Notes under the pieces: generated by a model
The model's input: the letters and a program-made list of their open reading frames with translations, nothing else
Told to the model about the DNA's origin: nothing
The model's database searches: none
In this document: positions 63,810 to 64,000 of the stretch, one piece after another
How positions within the stretch are numbered: position 1 is the first letter of the stretch
Layout: every line of letters starts with the position of its first letter
Made by a program: the position numbers and the translations under genes
NCBI GenBank assembly: GCA_004022145.1
Contig: RCNU01000001.1
Source: Paecilomyces variotii
Taxonomy: Eukaryota
Reading direction: 5' to 3' (one strand)
Length of the DNA: 64,000 nucleotides

Positions 63810-64000
63810 CTACTCTTCGTCATCTTCATCGTCATCTTCATCATCATCATATTCAATACTATCTGCAGCCCCACGAATAGCAGCAATCCTATGCAGGACC
63901 CACTGCATCTGTAACAGATGGTAGGACGGCAAAGGATGGGTCTGTGGGTTATGAGTCTTGAAAGTTATCACATCGCCGGACTTGACCAGACAATCTGTAT
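63810..64000 (-). CDS. C-terminal end of a probable fungal HNH-endonuclease-domain protein (5' part outside window)
   Basis: Manual translation TDCLVKSGDVITFKTHNPQTHPLPSYHLLQMQWVLHRIAAIRGAADSIEYDDDEDDDEDDEE*. The PLPS..LL..QW.LHR.A...GAA motif plus an acidic tail is typical of these proteins. Not in the ORF track. Confidence 0.65.
   Translation of the reverse strand, partial: TDCLVKSGDVITFKTHNPQTHPLPSYHLLQMQWVLHRIAAIRGAADSIEYDDDEDDDEDDEE

Overview
Eukaryotic, intron-containing DNA from a filamentous ascomycete. Gene content and GT..CTRAC..YAG introns suggest Eurotiales; this is an inference, not a database result. I can support about 26 protein-coding genes (two cut by the window edges) plus three gene relics; no rRNA, tRNA, CRISPR array or intact transposon was found. 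From 1-10 kb the window holds secreted/GPI and metabolic genes (CFEM-like, SMP-30 lactonase, SDR, GPI protein, arylsulfotransferase). From 11-49 kb is a dense housekeeping block: Amun-like HhH protein, AHC1-like, WDR44-like, SRP9/21, RNR2, OAC1, SWD2, DUF1308, PTM1, NCS2, DUF4112, DCP2, IBA57, CWC23. At 49-52 kb is the divergent thymidine-salvage pair (iso-orotate decarboxylase and thymine 7-hydroxylase). From 52-64 kb the region looks accessory: a UBA-like/vWA orphan, two SDRs, two complementary DUF3328/UstYa relics in opposite orientations around an SDR, a gfa gene with a repeated upstream motif, and the 3' end of an HNH-type gene followed by a genomic poly(A) tract. Signals missed by the ORF track are the split DUF3328 relic, six GATAAG sites in the salvage-pair promoter, ACGCGT sites in RNR2 introns and promoter, a 969-nt AUG-free leader before AHC1, and an inverted TGCGG motif upstream of gfa. 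Exon boundaries were read by eye and are approximate; family calls come from motif recognition, not searches.
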